From Octopus sinensis (Eukaryota): a stretch of DNA of 21,266 bases. Below, piece after piece: positions 20,981-21,266 of the stretch. Numbering within the stretch: the first letter of the stretch is position 1; every line of letters begins with the position of its first letter. The notes beneath the pieces are model-generated. The model was not told the origin of the DNA. It saw only the letters and a list, made by a program, of their open reading frames with translations, and did not search any database. The translations under genes were made by a program, and so were the position numbers. The DNA lies in contig NW_021823750.1 of NCBI RefSeq assembly GCF_006345805.1, positions 1 to 21,266 on the forward strand, given 5' to 3'.

Positions 20981-21088
20981 GCCAGTCTGTCTATATTTAT
21001 ATACGAATTCTTATTCTTCATATTGAACACAGAATAGCTTTTCATTAGAAAACAATAGCTTTTCATTAGATAAGTTTTGTTAGTTCGC

Positions 21089-21139
21089 TGGTTGGTCAGT
21101 CGGTGGTCGGTTGGTCGGTTGGTCGGTTGGTCGGTTGGT
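21089..21139. repeat. (GGTCGGTT)n short tandem repeat
   Basis: Directly visible tandem run. Confidence 0.85.
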
Positions 21140-21266
21140 GTAGTTGTGTGTCAAAGGGAGGTAAATCAATATCTTACGTAAGCATAAACGAATGAATGTA
21201 CCAGTGTAAATTTAATTGTGTTATAGAATGTATGACAACAAAACAGCCGAACAATACGGAGAAAAC

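Noticed and set aside
21033-21070. 17-bp direct repeat AATAGCTTTTCATTAGA with a 21-bp period
   Set aside because: Simple local slippage duplication with no associated element.

Overview
This window is eukaryotic, repeat-saturated, non-genic DNA. The microsatellite load and tRNA-derived SINE types suggest an octopus/cephalopod genome, but that is an inference and no search was run. No host protein-coding gene is supportable. Contents: (1) two same-strand L1-superfamily, Tx1-like LINEs, one 5'-cut by the window and internally deleted (1-5135) and one apparently full-length at about 6.1 kb (10187-16311) with ORF1 (CCHC knuckle) and ORF2 (APE endonuclease, RT with YADD, C-terminal CCHC finger); (2) three kinds of tRNA-headed SINE in six loci, two with clear TSDs; (3) a 563-bp internally deleted mariner with TA TSD and 30-bp TIRs; (4) many microsatellites. 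Best leads: the full-length LINE sits inside a single-orientation (TATC)n array, suggesting microsatellite targeting. A SINE shares its 42-nt 3' tail and a small pre-AATAAA hairpin with both LINE copies, suggesting a Tx1-driven SINE-LINE pair. All seven ORF2 frameshifts in the full-length copy look like 1-nt homopolymer deletions, so it may be intact in vivo. Both ORFs are preceded by similar splice-acceptor-like motifs. An old ~400-bp inverted duplication is hidden under later insertions at 17004-20603.
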